DNA of 64,000 nucleotides from Tolypothrix carrinoi HA7290-LM1 (GCA_019358935.1 JAHHIK010000018.1:1-64000); one strand, 5' to 3'; numbered from the stretch's first letter, positions 52,816-64,000 are shown. Notes: generated from the letters alone by a model not told the origin. Made by a program: numbers and translations.

Positions 52816-54012
52816 GTGAAAGCAACAAGCTTACTCATCGGTTGTGCTTTGCTACTGAGCATAAGCCTTCCTGCTAATGCACAACAACCGCAGCAACTAA
52901 ACATACAGCAAGTTGAGGGTTATCTGGTAACGCCTCAGCAACTGGAATTTGACGAATCACTGCTGCAACAACTTAAGATACCTGCGGGATTTCGCATCAG
53001 CGTGTTTGCCAAAGACTTAGGCAACCCCCGGATGTTAGCAATAGGTCCCGATGGTACTGTCTACGTTACCCGCCGCGAACAAGGTGATATATTAGCGCTG
53101 TCTGACCGCAATCGTGATGGGCGTGCTGACCGAATACGGACGGTTGCCTCAGGTTACAAATACATCAATGGCATCACAATTCGTGAGAATCGTCTCTACT
53201 TTGTTACAGACAAACAACTTTACGCGGCAGATTTGCGAGCAAACGGCAAGATACGCAAACCAAAGTTGTTGATTAATGACTTGCCAGATGCGGGACAACA
53301 CCCAAACCGCACCCTTGCTTTTGGTCCTGACGGATTGCTTTATATCTCAGTGGGTAGCACTTGTAACGCCTGCAATGATACAAATCCAGAAAATGCGACT
53401 CTGCTACAGGCGCAACCCGATGGTAGTAATCGGACGATTTATGCTAAGGGCTTACGCAATACCATCGGCTTTGCGTGGCATCCGGAAACTGGAGAATTGT
53501 GGGGTATGGATCATGGTTCTGACTGGCGTGGTAATGAACAACCGCCAGAAGAATTGAATCTCATTCAGGAAGGCGCAAACTACGGCTGGCCCTTTTGTTT
53601 TGCCGATCGCCGTCCGGATGTGTATCTACAAACAAATCCTCCAGGCATGACAAAGGAGGAATACTGCGCCAATACACAACCGCCAGCGCTCACCTACACG
53701 GCACATAGTGCGCCGTTGGGAATGTTATTTTATACAGGCTCCCAGTTTCCGGAAGAATACCGTAACGATGCTTTTGTGACCATGCGCGGTTCGTGGAATC
53801 GCAACCCTCCCTCAGGTTACAAAGTAGTGCGGGTGCATTACGAAAATGGCAAACCAGTAGAATTTGAGGACTTCATCACAGGATTTTTGGATGAAGAACA
53901 ATTGACACAGTTTGGCAGACCAGTGGGTATTGCGATCGCACCGGATGGTTCGCTGTTGTTCACAGATGATACCAACGGTGTAATTTACCGGGTATCGTAT
54001 GTAGGTCAGTGA
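52816..54012 (+). CDS. PQQ-dependent sugar/sorbosone dehydrogenase family, secreted
   Basis: Signal peptide; LYISVGSTCNAC, GLRN, NYGWP, HSAPLG, GSWNR and GRP motifs. Confidence 0.88.
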   Translation: MKATSLLIGCALLLSISLPANAQQPQQLNIQQVEGYLVTPQQLEFDESLLQQLKIPAGFRISVFAKDLGNPRMLAIGPDGTVYVTRREQGDILALSDRNRDGRADRIRTVASGYKYINGITIRENRLYFVTDKQLYAADLRANGKIRKPKLLINDLPDAGQHPNRTLAFGPDGLLYISVGSTCNACNDTNPENATLLQAQPDGSNRTIYAKGLRNTIGFAWHPETGELWGMDHGSDWRGNEQPPEELNLIQEGANYGWPFCFADRRPDVYLQTNPPGMTKEEYCANTQPPALTYTAHSAPLGMLFYTGSQFPEEYRNDAFVTMRGSWNRNPPSGYKVVRVHYENGKPVEFEDFITGFLDEEQLTQFGRPVGIAIAPDGSLLFTDDTNGVIYRVSYVGQ

Positions 54013-54138
54013 TCGTGGCTCGGATTGCTTTTTTTTGGTTGCATTAGTAGTTTTAATTACGACTATATGTGCCGTATTTATACTAAAAAAGGAGTGCGAA
54101 TCGCAGTTGCGTTTTGCCAACTGCGATTCCTCCAAAGT

Positions 54139-54234
54139 CAATACGCTTGGTGTTAAGGGTAGTTCGTTGTGCGAGAACCCCGGTTTCTTTGAGAAACCGG
54201 GGTTCTGGGTTTGTGCTTAACACCAACTGTATTG
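54139..54234. mobile_element. MITE (CAATAC..TTGGTGTTAAG / CTTAACACCAA..GTATTG) with 10-bp target duplication CCTCCAAAGT
   Basis: TIRs, exact 10-bp flanking direct repeats (54129-54138 and 54235-54244), internal AGAACCCCGGTTTC...GAAACCGGGGTTCT hairpin. Confidence 0.82.
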
Positions 54235-54268
54235 CCTCCAAAGTGCGAAACCGCAACTGAGGTTAATA

Positions 54269-56004
<1,736 letters not shown>

Positions 56005-56035
56005 AACTGCTATAATTCTACAAGCGCACTTTTTT

Positions 56036-56356
56036 GGGGCTGTAGCTCAGTTGGATAGAGCGAGCGCCTCCTGAATAATCGGGCACCATGAAGGAAACTT
56101 GATGAGTGAATGTGGTTAAATTCGGTGAACCCTAAAGAGTATGTTTACTAGAGTGTTGACACTTCAAGGGAATACCGAGCCAAGCCTGAATCGAAAAAAC
56201 GAAAACAATGTTATAACTTCGACTCAGGAAGGTGTAGAGACTAGATAGCCACCACCTAAAGGCTAAAAAGCCTATGGTGAAGGTATAGTCCGGAGAGTGG
56301 GGAAACTCACACAAATCTGAAGCGCTAGGTCGCCGGTTCGAACCTGGCCAGTCCCG
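56036..56356 (+). tRNA. trnR: tRNA-Arg(CCU), exons 56036-56072 and 56320-56356, interrupted by an intron
   Basis: Acceptor GGGGCTG/CAGTCCC, D arm GCTC/GAGC, anticodon stem AGCGC/GCGCT with loop CT-CCT-AA after joining, T arm GCCGG-TTCGAAC-CTGGC; TATAAT at 56011. Confidence 0.93.
56073..56319 (+). ncRNA. Group I self-splicing intron (247 nt, no ORF)
   Basis: 5' exon ends in U and intron ends in G; P1 CCU-GA/UC-GGG; P AAATTCGGTGAA, Q AATACCGAGC, R GTAGAGACTA, S AAGGTATAGTCC; P3 GTGGTT/AGCCAC. Confidence 0.92.
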
Positions 56357-56515
56357 TCGTCTGGAAACAATTAAATGAATAAAGTAGTCGAACTTTCTTT
56401 ATAGATGGTTCGATACAGGATAGGATATTGCAAAAGTCGCAACAAGCGTGCGTTTTTGCGATAAATTATCTAAGTTCATTTTTGGGTAGTTTTTTGCAAA
56501 TGCTATCCTAATTAA

Positions 56516-57139
56516 TTGTTTTTCTTTTTAATTAGAGAAAATTCTCTGAACAGACGAAGTAGTAGAGCCTTGAATAAGTTACTTTTTACAGGGAAATCAT
56601 TTCGATTTATGGTTATTGCCCTACCGCTGTTGATGTGGTTGGGATATAAGGAAGTTAAAAGCCAAGTTGTACAACCCCAAGCGGTCTTAGTTTTGGGTGG
56701 TTCGACTGCGAGATTAGAACGAGAGAAGTTTACAGCAGATTTTGCCCGTAAGAATCCAAATTTACCGATTTGGATTACTGGTGGTAGCCCAAAAAAGACT
56801 ACTGAAAGAGTGTTTGCTAAAGCAGGAGTTGATCCCCGACGTTTACACCTGGACTATGAAGCGGTAGATACAGTTACAAATTTTACCACATTGGTGGATG
56901 ATTTGGAAAAGCGCGGCATTAAGAGTGTGTATTTGATTACATCAGATTATCATATGCGCCGCGCCTGTGTGATCGGCGAGATTGTTTTGGGTAGTCGGGG
57001 GATTATATTTAAGCCAGTGTCGGTTCCTTCACAGCGATCGTCTGAACCAATTGAAAAATCAGTCCGCGATGGTGCTAGGGCTTTAGTTTGGATGACAACT
57101 GGCTACACAGGGGCAGATGAAGCGAAAAATAAGCGGTGA
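56516..57139 (+). CDS. YdcF / DUF218 family protein
   Basis: VLGG, AVDTVTNF and ITSDYHMRRA motifs; start uncertain. Confidence 0.85.
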   Translation: MFFFLIRENSLNRRSSRALNKLLFTGKSFRFMVIALPLLMWLGYKEVKSQVVQPQAVLVLGGSTARLEREKFTADFARKNPNLPIWITGGSPKKTTERVFAKAGVDPRRLHLDYEAVDTVTNFTTLVDDLEKRGIKSVYLITSDYHMRRACVIGEIVLGSRGIIFKPVSVPSQRSSEPIEKSVRDGARALVWMTTGYTGADEAKNKR

Positions 57140-57158
57140 GTAATATCACGGGTTAGGG

Positions 57159-57527
57159 CTATTTTATTTGTGCCTTTTGCAAGCGTTGTCTGTCGGTATT
57201 TTGTGACTCTAATTCTTGGCGTAGCTTTTCGTTTTCACTTGCTAACTGATTAACTATCGCTTGGTCAATCAGGTTAGTGTCAGTGGTGGTATAGATGTTG
57301 ACACCTTGCTTTTGGGGTGGTTTTTGATTGTATCGATTGAAGTACAACTGCTGTACCCTGCGTCCCACTTCTAACACCTCAGATTTGGTACAGTTTATCT
57401 GTAACTGCTGACACCGTTCACTAATGGTAATCCGAGGAGACATTGGGGTGTCAAGTTTGGCACGTTGAGCTGTAACTGGTGTGCTGGCAATTAGCAAAGT
57501 CGCTAAGATGGCAATAATGGTTTTCAT
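57159..57527 (-). CDS. Hypothetical secreted protein
   Basis: MKTIIAILATLLIASTPVTAQ signal peptide. Confidence 0.6.
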   Translation of the reverse strand: MKTIIAILATLLIASTPVTAQRAKLDTPMSPRITISERCQQLQINCTKSEVLEVGRRVQQLYFNRYNQKPPQKQGVNIYTTTDTNLIDQAIVNQLASENEKLRQELESQNTDRQRLQKAQIK

Positions 57528-57547
57528 AATAGTAGAAGCTAAGTCGC

Positions 57548-57835
57548 TTATTTTTCTTGAATGAGAACGTATGGTTGTACAATCAAAGTTAAAAATCGCT
57601 TTGCGCGATCGCCATTCCATTCGCCAATTTGTGTAACTGAGGGTTTAGCAAGCAATTGTTCATCAATCCATTGCTGCACTTGAGGGGTGTTATCGCTAGC
57701 GATCGCTACTCCGACATTGAGCAAGTCTAGTTCAATTGGTACTAATATTACAGCATCGCGCTGCACATGAGGAATTAACCACTCCCACTCAGCCTCATCT
57801 AAATTTTGGGTTAATTCGGCTTTTAAATCTTGCAT
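57548..57835 (-). CDS. DUF2288 family protein
   Basis: W..L.PH..RDA.I.V...LDL..V..AIA.D....V..W and IVQPYVLIQE. Confidence 0.88.
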   Translation of the reverse strand: MQDLKAELTQNLDEAEWEWLIPHVQRDAVILVPIELDLLNVGVAIASDNTPQVQQWIDEQLLAKPSVTQIGEWNGDRAKRFLTLIVQPYVLIQEK

Positions 57836-57970
57836 AACTGCCCAGTTTTTCTCTGCTTCAAAAGCATTTTACCTTATTCTTCGTACAGACGTTCCACACC
57901 GAACGTCTCTACCGCACCTCCACTATTCGTACAGACGTTCGGTGTGGAACGTCTCTACCGCACCTTTTAA

Positions 57971-59008
57971 TTAAACCTCTGCTTTCATCTCATCAATTTC
58001 AAATAGAGAAACGATTACTCCAGCGATAGGAATAGAAATAAAAATTCCTAATAAACCAGCTACTCTAGCACCTACAAGCAAGGCAAAAAATACCACCACC
58101 GGATTAAGATTCAGCGCATCTTGCATAATTCTCGGCGAAATCAAATTGTCTTGTATCTGCTGAAGTATAATACACGCTATTAATACTTTGAGTGCTAGCC
58201 AAACATTTTGAGACAGCACAATCAAAGTAATTACACCAACTCCTAATGTGGCTCCTATTCCGGGAATAATGTCAAGTAAACCTACTATCACTGACAAAAT
58301 TAAGGCAAAAGGTACTTTTAGTAAAGAGAAAATCATGAAACTAGAAGCTGACAAGAATAAAGTTAATATCAACTGACCGCGAAAAAATCCTAAAAAGCTG
58401 CGTCTGATTATCCTTGTAAATCTAGCGCGTCGCTGGCTTGGTATCACTTTTAAGATAAGATCCCAAAGTTTTTCGCCATCAAGAAGCATAAAAAAAGCGA
58501 CAACGGCAATCAAAATGAAAGTCACAAAGTTAGTAATGAAACTTTGGAAAATAGACAAACTTGTTACCAACATTGATATAGCTTGGTCGCGCAATTGCGT
58601 TTCTACTACGCTTAAATCTATCTGCAAGTTACGGTTACGTAGAAATTCTTCTAATCGTTCTACAAAAGGTAATAAGGAGTTTAAAAATGCAGTTACACTT
58701 TCAATTAATTGTTGCCCTTGAGATAAAACTGCTAAACCTACAGTGATTGCTAAACCTCCAAGAAACACAATACTAATTAAAAAAACAAAAACAACTGCTA
58801 TACCGTGGGGCAAAATACGCCGCAGCCACCTAACAGGATAGCTGAGTAAAAAAGCCAGAATTGCTGCAAATGTGAAAGTAACAATGACCGCTTCAAAGTA
58901 AGCTAAAAGCTGTGTAATTGCCCAGCCAGAAGCAACTAAAAGCAAAAAGCGAACTAATGCGAGATTATTTAATCGCTGCCAAAGATTATTAAATTCAAAG
59001 CCCTTCAT
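57971..59008 (-). CDS. AI-2E family transporter
   Basis: Polytopic membrane protein; FFRGQ, IPGIGA, QQIQDNLISPRIM and LNP motifs. Confidence 0.9.
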   Translation of the reverse strand: MKGFEFNNLWQRLNNLALVRFLLLVASGWAITQLLAYFEAVIVTFTFAAILAFLLSYPVRWLRRILPHGIAVVFVFLISIVFLGGLAITVGLAVLSQGQQLIESVTAFLNSLLPFVERLEEFLRNRNLQIDLSVVETQLRDQAISMLVTSLSIFQSFITNFVTFILIAVVAFFMLLDGEKLWDLILKVIPSQRRARFTRIIRRSFLGFFRGQLILTLFLSASSFMIFSLLKVPFALILSVIVGLLDIIPGIGATLGVGVITLIVLSQNVWLALKVLIACIILQQIQDNLISPRIMQDALNLNPVVVFFALLVGARVAGLLGIFISIPIAGVIVSLFEIDEMKAEV

Positions 59009-59100
59009 ATGGTATTTAGGGAAAGTATGATGAGCTTATAGTCACAAAATAATAAAGGCGATCGCTACCTCCTTTAAGCATATTTATTTAATATCTCAAC

Positions 59101-59739
59101 TTATCGCCCCAAGAAGTGCAAATCATTAATTGCTGTTGTACACTGTTGCGTTATCGCCTCTAATTCCTCTTTATTAGTAGAATTAGGAGCATCAATCAAC
59201 TTGCCAATTCTGACACTAACAGGAACTGCCTGAGGTATCGCCGAACCTTTTACCTCAATTTTCTCACTACCCCACAAACATACGGGTAATAGTGGCGCTT
59301 TTGCCTTCGCAGCTAGCAGCGCTGCACCTCGTTTGGGGTCGGTAATGCGTCCATCTGGGGTGCGCGTACCTTGCAAAAACACACCCACAGCCCAGCCGTT
59401 TTCAAGATACTCTAAAGCTGAACGAATAGCAGCGCGATCGGTACTTCCCCGACTCACCGGATAAGCACCAAATAATTTAATCGCAGTCCGTAAAATCGGG
59501 ATTTTGAATAATTCTTCCTTAGCCATATACGCTACAGGACGACCTACACAATTAGAAACAATCGGGGGGTCAAAGTTACTCGCATGATTGCTGACTATCA
59601 CCAAAGGTCCGGTTTTGGGGACGTTTTGGGCATCATAAACCTTACCCTGAAAGTAAGTGTAAAGCATAGGGCTGACGACAGACCACTTAAAGGCGTGGTA
59701 AAGTGCCAGACTGATAAACGGTTCGCGACTTTTGCCCAC
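59101..59739 (-). CDS. plsC: 1-acyl-sn-glycerol-3-phosphate acyltransferase
   Basis: NHASNFD, AKEELF and F.QGTR motifs. Confidence 0.92.
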   Translation of the reverse strand: MGKSREPFISLALYHAFKWSVVSPMLYTYFQGKVYDAQNVPKTGPLVIVSNHASNFDPPIVSNCVGRPVAYMAKEELFKIPILRTAIKLFGAYPVSRGSTDRAAIRSALEYLENGWAVGVFLQGTRTPDGRITDPKRGAALLAAKAKAPLLPVCLWGSEKIEVKGSAIPQAVPVSVRIGKLIDAPNSTNKEELEAITQQCTTAINDLHFLGR

Positions 59740-59823
59740 AGAAGATAATTGAAATCGGACAGAATTAAGGATAAGCGATCGCCACCACTTTTGATTGTTA
59801 AAGTTAGTTACTAAGCAACCTGC

Positions 59824-60714
59824 TTACAAAGCTTCTTTTACCTGCTTTGAAGTTGCATAGCCCAAGAAAGCTTGTACTGCGGGGTTAGGAGGGTTTTTAT
59901 AGACGTAAAATAACTGGCGTCGATAAGGATAATTAGATGCCCCTGGTAGTGAGTTATCAATTGCTACTATCCGCGCCGTACTTTCTCTAGCTGCTTGTTT
60001 GTATGTAGCGTAGCCGATGCCATTTTTTTTCAGTTCTTGGATTAAACCTGTAGTTGTATCCCTTGGCAAAGTGGTAAAATTAGAAGCCGTACCAAAATCA
60101 GCATTTCCTAATACCAGTTCTTTAAAAGTCTGACGTGTACCGCTTTCCACGGGACGATTAATTACCCGAATTGGATCTGAAGAACCACCAACCTGCGACC
60201 AATTGATAATTTTTCCTCGAAATATGTCTGCGATTTGAGTACCAGTTAAACCGCCTTTAAAAGGATTATCTATTTTGTGTACGACGATTGCTATGGCATC
60301 ATTGCTAATTATTACTGCTTGCAATCCTTTTTTCTGGTCATCATCAGTGAGATGACGAGATACTGCCGCTACATCAATATTACCTGCAATTAAATCCTGA
60401 ATTCCTCTTTCAGAACTATGAGCATTAGTTACAACTTTAGTACCAGGATATTTATCTTCAAAGCCTTTTTTCAGCTTTTCATTAATATTTACCATGCTGG
60501 TAGAACCATCAATTCTGACATTAGTTCCCACAGGTACTGCATCGGGAAGTTGGAAAGAATACTTGTTATTATTGATGTCTTCTACAGACGATATTTGATT
60601 GTCTGTAGAAAACAATTGCTTGCGTGGCAGGTGGAAATACCACCAAGTACCACCTAATAGCAAAAGCGATAACAGAATAAAAACAATCGGAGGTGGACTG
60701 CTTGTTTTCTTCAT
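59824..60714 (-). CDS. PstS-like periplasmic binding protein with N-terminal membrane anchor
   Basis: IDGSTSM, DAIAIVV, I.NWSQVGG and R...SGTR.TF motifs. Confidence 0.85.
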   Translation of the reverse strand: MKKTSSPPPIVFILLSLLLLGGTWWYFHLPRKQLFSTDNQISSVEDINNNKYSFQLPDAVPVGTNVRIDGSTSMVNINEKLKKGFEDKYPGTKVVTNAHSSERGIQDLIAGNIDVAAVSRHLTDDDQKKGLQAVIISNDAIAIVVHKIDNPFKGGLTGTQIADIFRGKIINWSQVGGSSDPIRVINRPVESGTRQTFKELVLGNADFGTASNFTTLPRDTTTGLIQELKKNGIGYATYKQAARESTARIVAIDNSLPGASNYPYRRQLFYVYKNPPNPAVQAFLGYATSKQVKEAL

Positions 60715-60730
60715 ACCTTTTAATTTTTAC

Positions 60731-61747
60731 TTATAGTTGTTCAGACATACCCCACAACCAATTCCAAACATTAACTGTAGCGCGTCCTGCTCTTTCTCCC
60801 ATCAACCAGTAAACAAAATTATCTTGCTGCACGCAATTAATAGGCGGCTGAGTTTTGACAAAAAAAGGCAATATAGCTGGCAAAACTTCCTCAGCAGATT
60901 GATATCTGTCTTTGACACTAGTTTGCAGCAATTTATCTAAGATTTTGCTCAATTCTGCACTAATTGATGTTTTTGGCGGTAAATATTCTCGCCACTGCCA
61001 ACTGTTATTTGTACTGTCATACATCTCAATTAGAGTAGGAGTCCTTGTCAGCATTTGGATGCAGGTAACACCTAAACTGTAGAGATCGCTAGTACAATTC
61101 ACTTTACCATGCTCAATTTGCTCAGGCGGCGCGTATCCCCGCGTACCGATTAAAGTTCCTGGCTGCATTAAATATGTCTCTGAAACTAATTTTGCAGCAC
61201 CAAAATCAATTAGTACTGGTTTGCCGTCTCGTTGTCTGCGGATAATATTTTGTGGTTTAATATCGCGGTGAAAAACTCTATTTTGATGAATGAACTGTAA
61301 AACTGGTAACAAGTCGCACAAAAGTTGCAAAATCTGAGCTTCGTTATAAACACCACGCTGCAACTCTTGCTCTAAAGTCAAACCTTCGATAAACTCTTGT
61401 ACTAGATAAAGTCGTTGCTCTTGTTGAAAGCAAGCTAATAAAGCCGGAATCTGCGGGTGAGTTCCTAGAGAATCTAATCTAATCGCTTCATCCTTAAATA
61501 ACTTAATTGCTTTATCCAGGACTTGCGGGTGTTGTGACGAAAACTGAAACTGCTTAACTGCACAGTATGGCTTAGAAGGAATATCTTCATCTATCGCCAA
61601 AAGAGTCTCCCCAAATGTGCCTTTGCCCAAGACACGAATTGGGCGATAGTGCATCCTTAGCAATAGATGAGAACCACAACTCAAACAAATTTCCGCTGTA
61701 TCTGAATTATGAGGACTCCGACATTCAGGATTTACACACAGAGTCAT
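60731..61747 (-). CDS. Hanks-type Ser/Thr protein kinase with N-terminal Zn ribbon
   Basis: C.NP.C...C..CG; LGKGTFG, VK, HRDIKPQN, DFG, APPE and DLYSLG. Confidence 0.93.
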   Translation of the reverse strand: MTLCVNPECRSPHNSDTAEICLSCGSHLLLRMHYRPIRVLGKGTFGETLLAIDEDIPSKPYCAVKQFQFSSQHPQVLDKAIKLFKDEAIRLDSLGTHPQIPALLACFQQEQRLYLVQEFIEGLTLEQELQRGVYNEAQILQLLCDLLPVLQFIHQNRVFHRDIKPQNIIRRQRDGKPVLIDFGAAKLVSETYLMQPGTLIGTRGYAPPEQIEHGKVNCTSDLYSLGVTCIQMLTRTPTLIEMYDSTNNSWQWREYLPPKTSISAELSKILDKLLQTSVKDRYQSAEEVLPAILPFFVKTQPPINCVQQDNFVYWLMGERAGRATVNVWNWLWGMSEQL

Positions 61748-61798
61748 AAAAGTATGAATTACCTGAATCTACTATAAACAGCAGAGGTTAACAAGAAG

Positions 61799-62677
61799 TT
61801 AAGCTGGTAATTCGGTAATACTACGGACGTTTTCTAAGATTAAGTCAGAGCAAGTGCGTTTAATCAAACCAGTAAGCACGTTACCTGGACCAATTTCTAC
61901 TACTCGTTCAATGCCATTTAGTGGTAATTGTAAAGAAATTTCTCGCCAGCGTACCGAACCAGTCATCTGTTTAATAAGGCGTTGCTTTAAAACTTCGGCA
62001 TCAACAGAGGGAACTGGTTCTACATTAGATAATACTGGTACAATAGCTGGTTGAAATTGAACAGCTTCTAAAACTTCTTGAAATTCGGTTGATGCAGCTG
62101 CCATTAGGGGTGAGTGAAATGCACCAGAAACTTTTAAAGGGATAGCACGCTTTGCTTTAACTTGAGACATGACTGTTTGTACTGCTTCAGGTGTGCCGGA
62201 AATTACAACTTGTGCGGCACTATTATCATTTGCTAGCACTACGTCGGGGGTTTGAGCGATCGCTTGTTCTAATTGTTCGCGGTTAAAGTTCATCAAAGCT
62301 GCCATCATCCCACCTGCGGCACTTTCCATCAGTTCAGCACGACGCTTCACTAAGCGCAATCCCGCAGACCATTCAAACACTCCGGCAATGTAAAGGGCAA
62401 TATATTCTCCCAAACTGTGACCGGCAACTAAATCTGGTTTGTGTCCTCTTTCTTGGAGAATGTCAGCGAGAATGCTTTCTACTACATAAAGACACGGCTG
62501 GGTATAAAGTGTAGTTGATAACTTTTCTTCGTTTTCACAGATTTGCGTCACAGACCAACCCAAAATCTCTTCAGCTTGGGCAAATTTATCTTCAGCGGAT
62601 GGTAAATCTAATAAGTCGGTTCCCATTCCTAGTGCTTGGGAACCTTGTCCGGGAAACACCCATGCGGTTTTAGTCAT
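61799..62677 (-). CDS. fabD: Malonyl-CoA:ACP transacylase
   Basis: FPGQGSQ, GHSLGE and GAFHS motifs. Confidence 0.96.
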   Translation of the reverse strand: MTKTAWVFPGQGSQALGMGTDLLDLPSAEDKFAQAEEILGWSVTQICENEEKLSTTLYTQPCLYVVESILADILQERGHKPDLVAGHSLGEYIALYIAGVFEWSAGLRLVKRRAELMESAAGGMMAALMNFNREQLEQAIAQTPDVVLANDNSAAQVVISGTPEAVQTVMSQVKAKRAIPLKVSGAFHSPLMAAASTEFQEVLEAVQFQPAIVPVLSNVEPVPSVDAEVLKQRLIKQMTGSVRWREISLQLPLNGIERVVEIGPGNVLTGLIKRTCSDLILENVRSITELPA

Positions 62678-62684
62678 CGATTTG

Positions 62685-62990
62685 TCGTTAGTGGTTAGTG
62701 GTTAGTGGTGAGGCAGCGCGGTCTTGGGGGTTTCCCCCATGAGCGACTGCCGAACCCGAAGGGTTAGTGGATAGTGGATAGTGGTGAGGCAGCGCGGTCT
62801 TGGGGGTTTCCCCCATGAGCGACTGCCGAACCCGAAGGGTTAGTGGATAGTGGATAGTGGATAGTGGTTAGTGGATAGTGGTTAGTGGATAGCAATAACA
62901 ACTAACAAATAACAACTAACAACTAACTACTAACTACTAACTACTAACAACTAACTACTAACTACTAACTACTAACTACTAACAACCAAC
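62685..62990. repeat. STRR array holding two identical 56-bp dispersed repeats (62708-62763, 62784-62839)
   Basis: GTGAGGCAGCGCGGTCTTGGGGGTTTCCCCCATGAGCGACTGCCGAACCCGAAGGG occurs twice inside TAGTGG(A/T) heptamers. Confidence 0.88.
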
Positions 62991-62996
62991 AAATTT

Positions 62997-63989
62997 TTAC
63001 CTTCCCCATTGAAAAATTGCTGCTCCCCAAGTGAGTCCGGCACCGAAGCCGGAGGTAGCAATGATGTCACCTGGTTTAATTTTGCCTTGTTGCACTGCTT
63101 CATCTAGTGCAAGCGGGATAGACGCGGCGGAGGTATTGCCATATTCCGCGAGATTGCTGATAACTTTATGTGCTGGAATATTCAGGCGTTGAGCTACGGC
63201 ATCAAGAATGCGTTGATTTGCTTGATGTAATATCAGCCAGTCTATTTGGTCAACGCTGAGATTTGCGTGAAATAAAGCTTTGTCGATAACTTCTGGAACT
63301 CGTTGCACGGCGAAGCGGTAGACTTCTTTGCCGTTCATGGTAATCGGTTGGAAGTTGCCTTTATTGACATTTACACCGGGGATAAGTTCTTGGGGAGAGG
63401 CTTTGTAGGCAAGGTTGAGATAGTGGTTTTGAGTGCCGTCAGTTTTAAGTTCAAATCCTAACAAGCGATCGCTTTCGTTTGCTTGCAATATTACCGCCCC
63501 AGCGCCATCACCGAACAATATACACGTACCTCTATCTTGCCAATCTACCCAACGGGAGAGGATATCTCCTCCAATTAAAAGTACGTTTTGATAAACGCCT
63601 GTTCTGATGTATTGGGCAGCGGTGACAAGTCCAAAGACGAAGCCGGAACAGGCGGCTGTCAAGTCAAAGGCAACTGCTTTGGTAGCTCCCAATTCAGCTT
63701 GAATTTGACAAGCAGTGCCAAATAAGTCATCTGGGGTAGAGGTGGCGAGCAGAATCAAATCTATGTCTGCTGCGCTAATTCCGGCGGCGGCGATCGCTTT
63801 TTTGCTTGCCATAGTAGCGATCGTCTTCAAAGATTCATCTGCACCCGCCAACCGCCGCTCTTTAATTCCGGTTCTTGTGGCGATCCACTCGTCTGATGTG
63901 TCAACCAGTTGAGTCAGCCCTTGGTTATCTAAAGAAGTTGTCGGTACAGCCGAACCACTTCCTATAATTGCTACACCTAACTTTTCCAC
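62997..63989 (-). CDS. fabH: Beta-ketoacyl-ACP synthase III
   Basis: AACSGF, LFGDGAGA, HQAN, GNTSAAS and GFGAG motifs. Confidence 0.96.
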   Translation of the reverse strand: MEKLGVAIIGSGSAVPTTSLDNQGLTQLVDTSDEWIATRTGIKERRLAGADESLKTIATMASKKAIAAAGISAADIDLILLATSTPDDLFGTACQIQAELGATKAVAFDLTAACSGFVFGLVTAAQYIRTGVYQNVLLIGGDILSRWVDWQDRGTCILFGDGAGAVILQANESDRLLGFELKTDGTQNHYLNLAYKASPQELIPGVNVNKGNFQPITMNGKEVYRFAVQRVPEVIDKALFHANLSVDQIDWLILHQANQRILDAVAQRLNIPAHKVISNLAEYGNTSAASIPLALDEAVQQGKIKPGDIIATSGFGAGLTWGAAIFQWGR

Positions 63990-64000
63990 TCCTAGTTTCT

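Noticed and set aside
56132..56314. 60-aa ORF inside the intron as a homing endonuclease
   Set aside because: Antisense, too short, no LAGLIDADG/HNH/GIY-YIG motif
56340..57600. Genomic island integrated at the tRNA-Arg 3' end
   Set aside because: No integrase and no duplicated tRNA 3' end seen in the window

Overview
64 kb of a filamentous, probably heterocyst-forming (Nostocales-like) cyanobacterial chromosome, judged from abundant HIP1 octamers (GCGATCGC), heptamer STRR arrays and typical gene content. The housekeeping backbone includes a pncB-nadD-nrtR-(pchB)-nadE NAD salvage operon, hisA, csaB, riboflavin synthase, birA, pgeF, gcvP/H/T, tocopherol cyclase, phytol kinase and fabH-fabD-plsC. 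Highlights not explained by the ORF track: (1) a tRNA-Arg(CCU) gene split by a 247-nt group I intron; (2) an Apaf-1-like CHAT-NB-ARC-WD40 gene between gcvT and gcvH, with near-identical 126-bp repeats and a frameshift inside an inserted G/C-tract repeat element; (3) a solo tnpB whose predicted guide derives from one tspO gene and nearly matches its tandem paralogue; (4) an unlisted 50-aa AtpTheta-like ORF; (5) an NrtR box, plus a related operator-like palindrome before a pair of coiled-coil genes; (6) several MITE-like elements carrying REP-like hairpins, in-frame repeat insertions in enzymes, a duplicated pgeF segment and several pseudogenes. All calls come from reading the sequence; no database searches were run.
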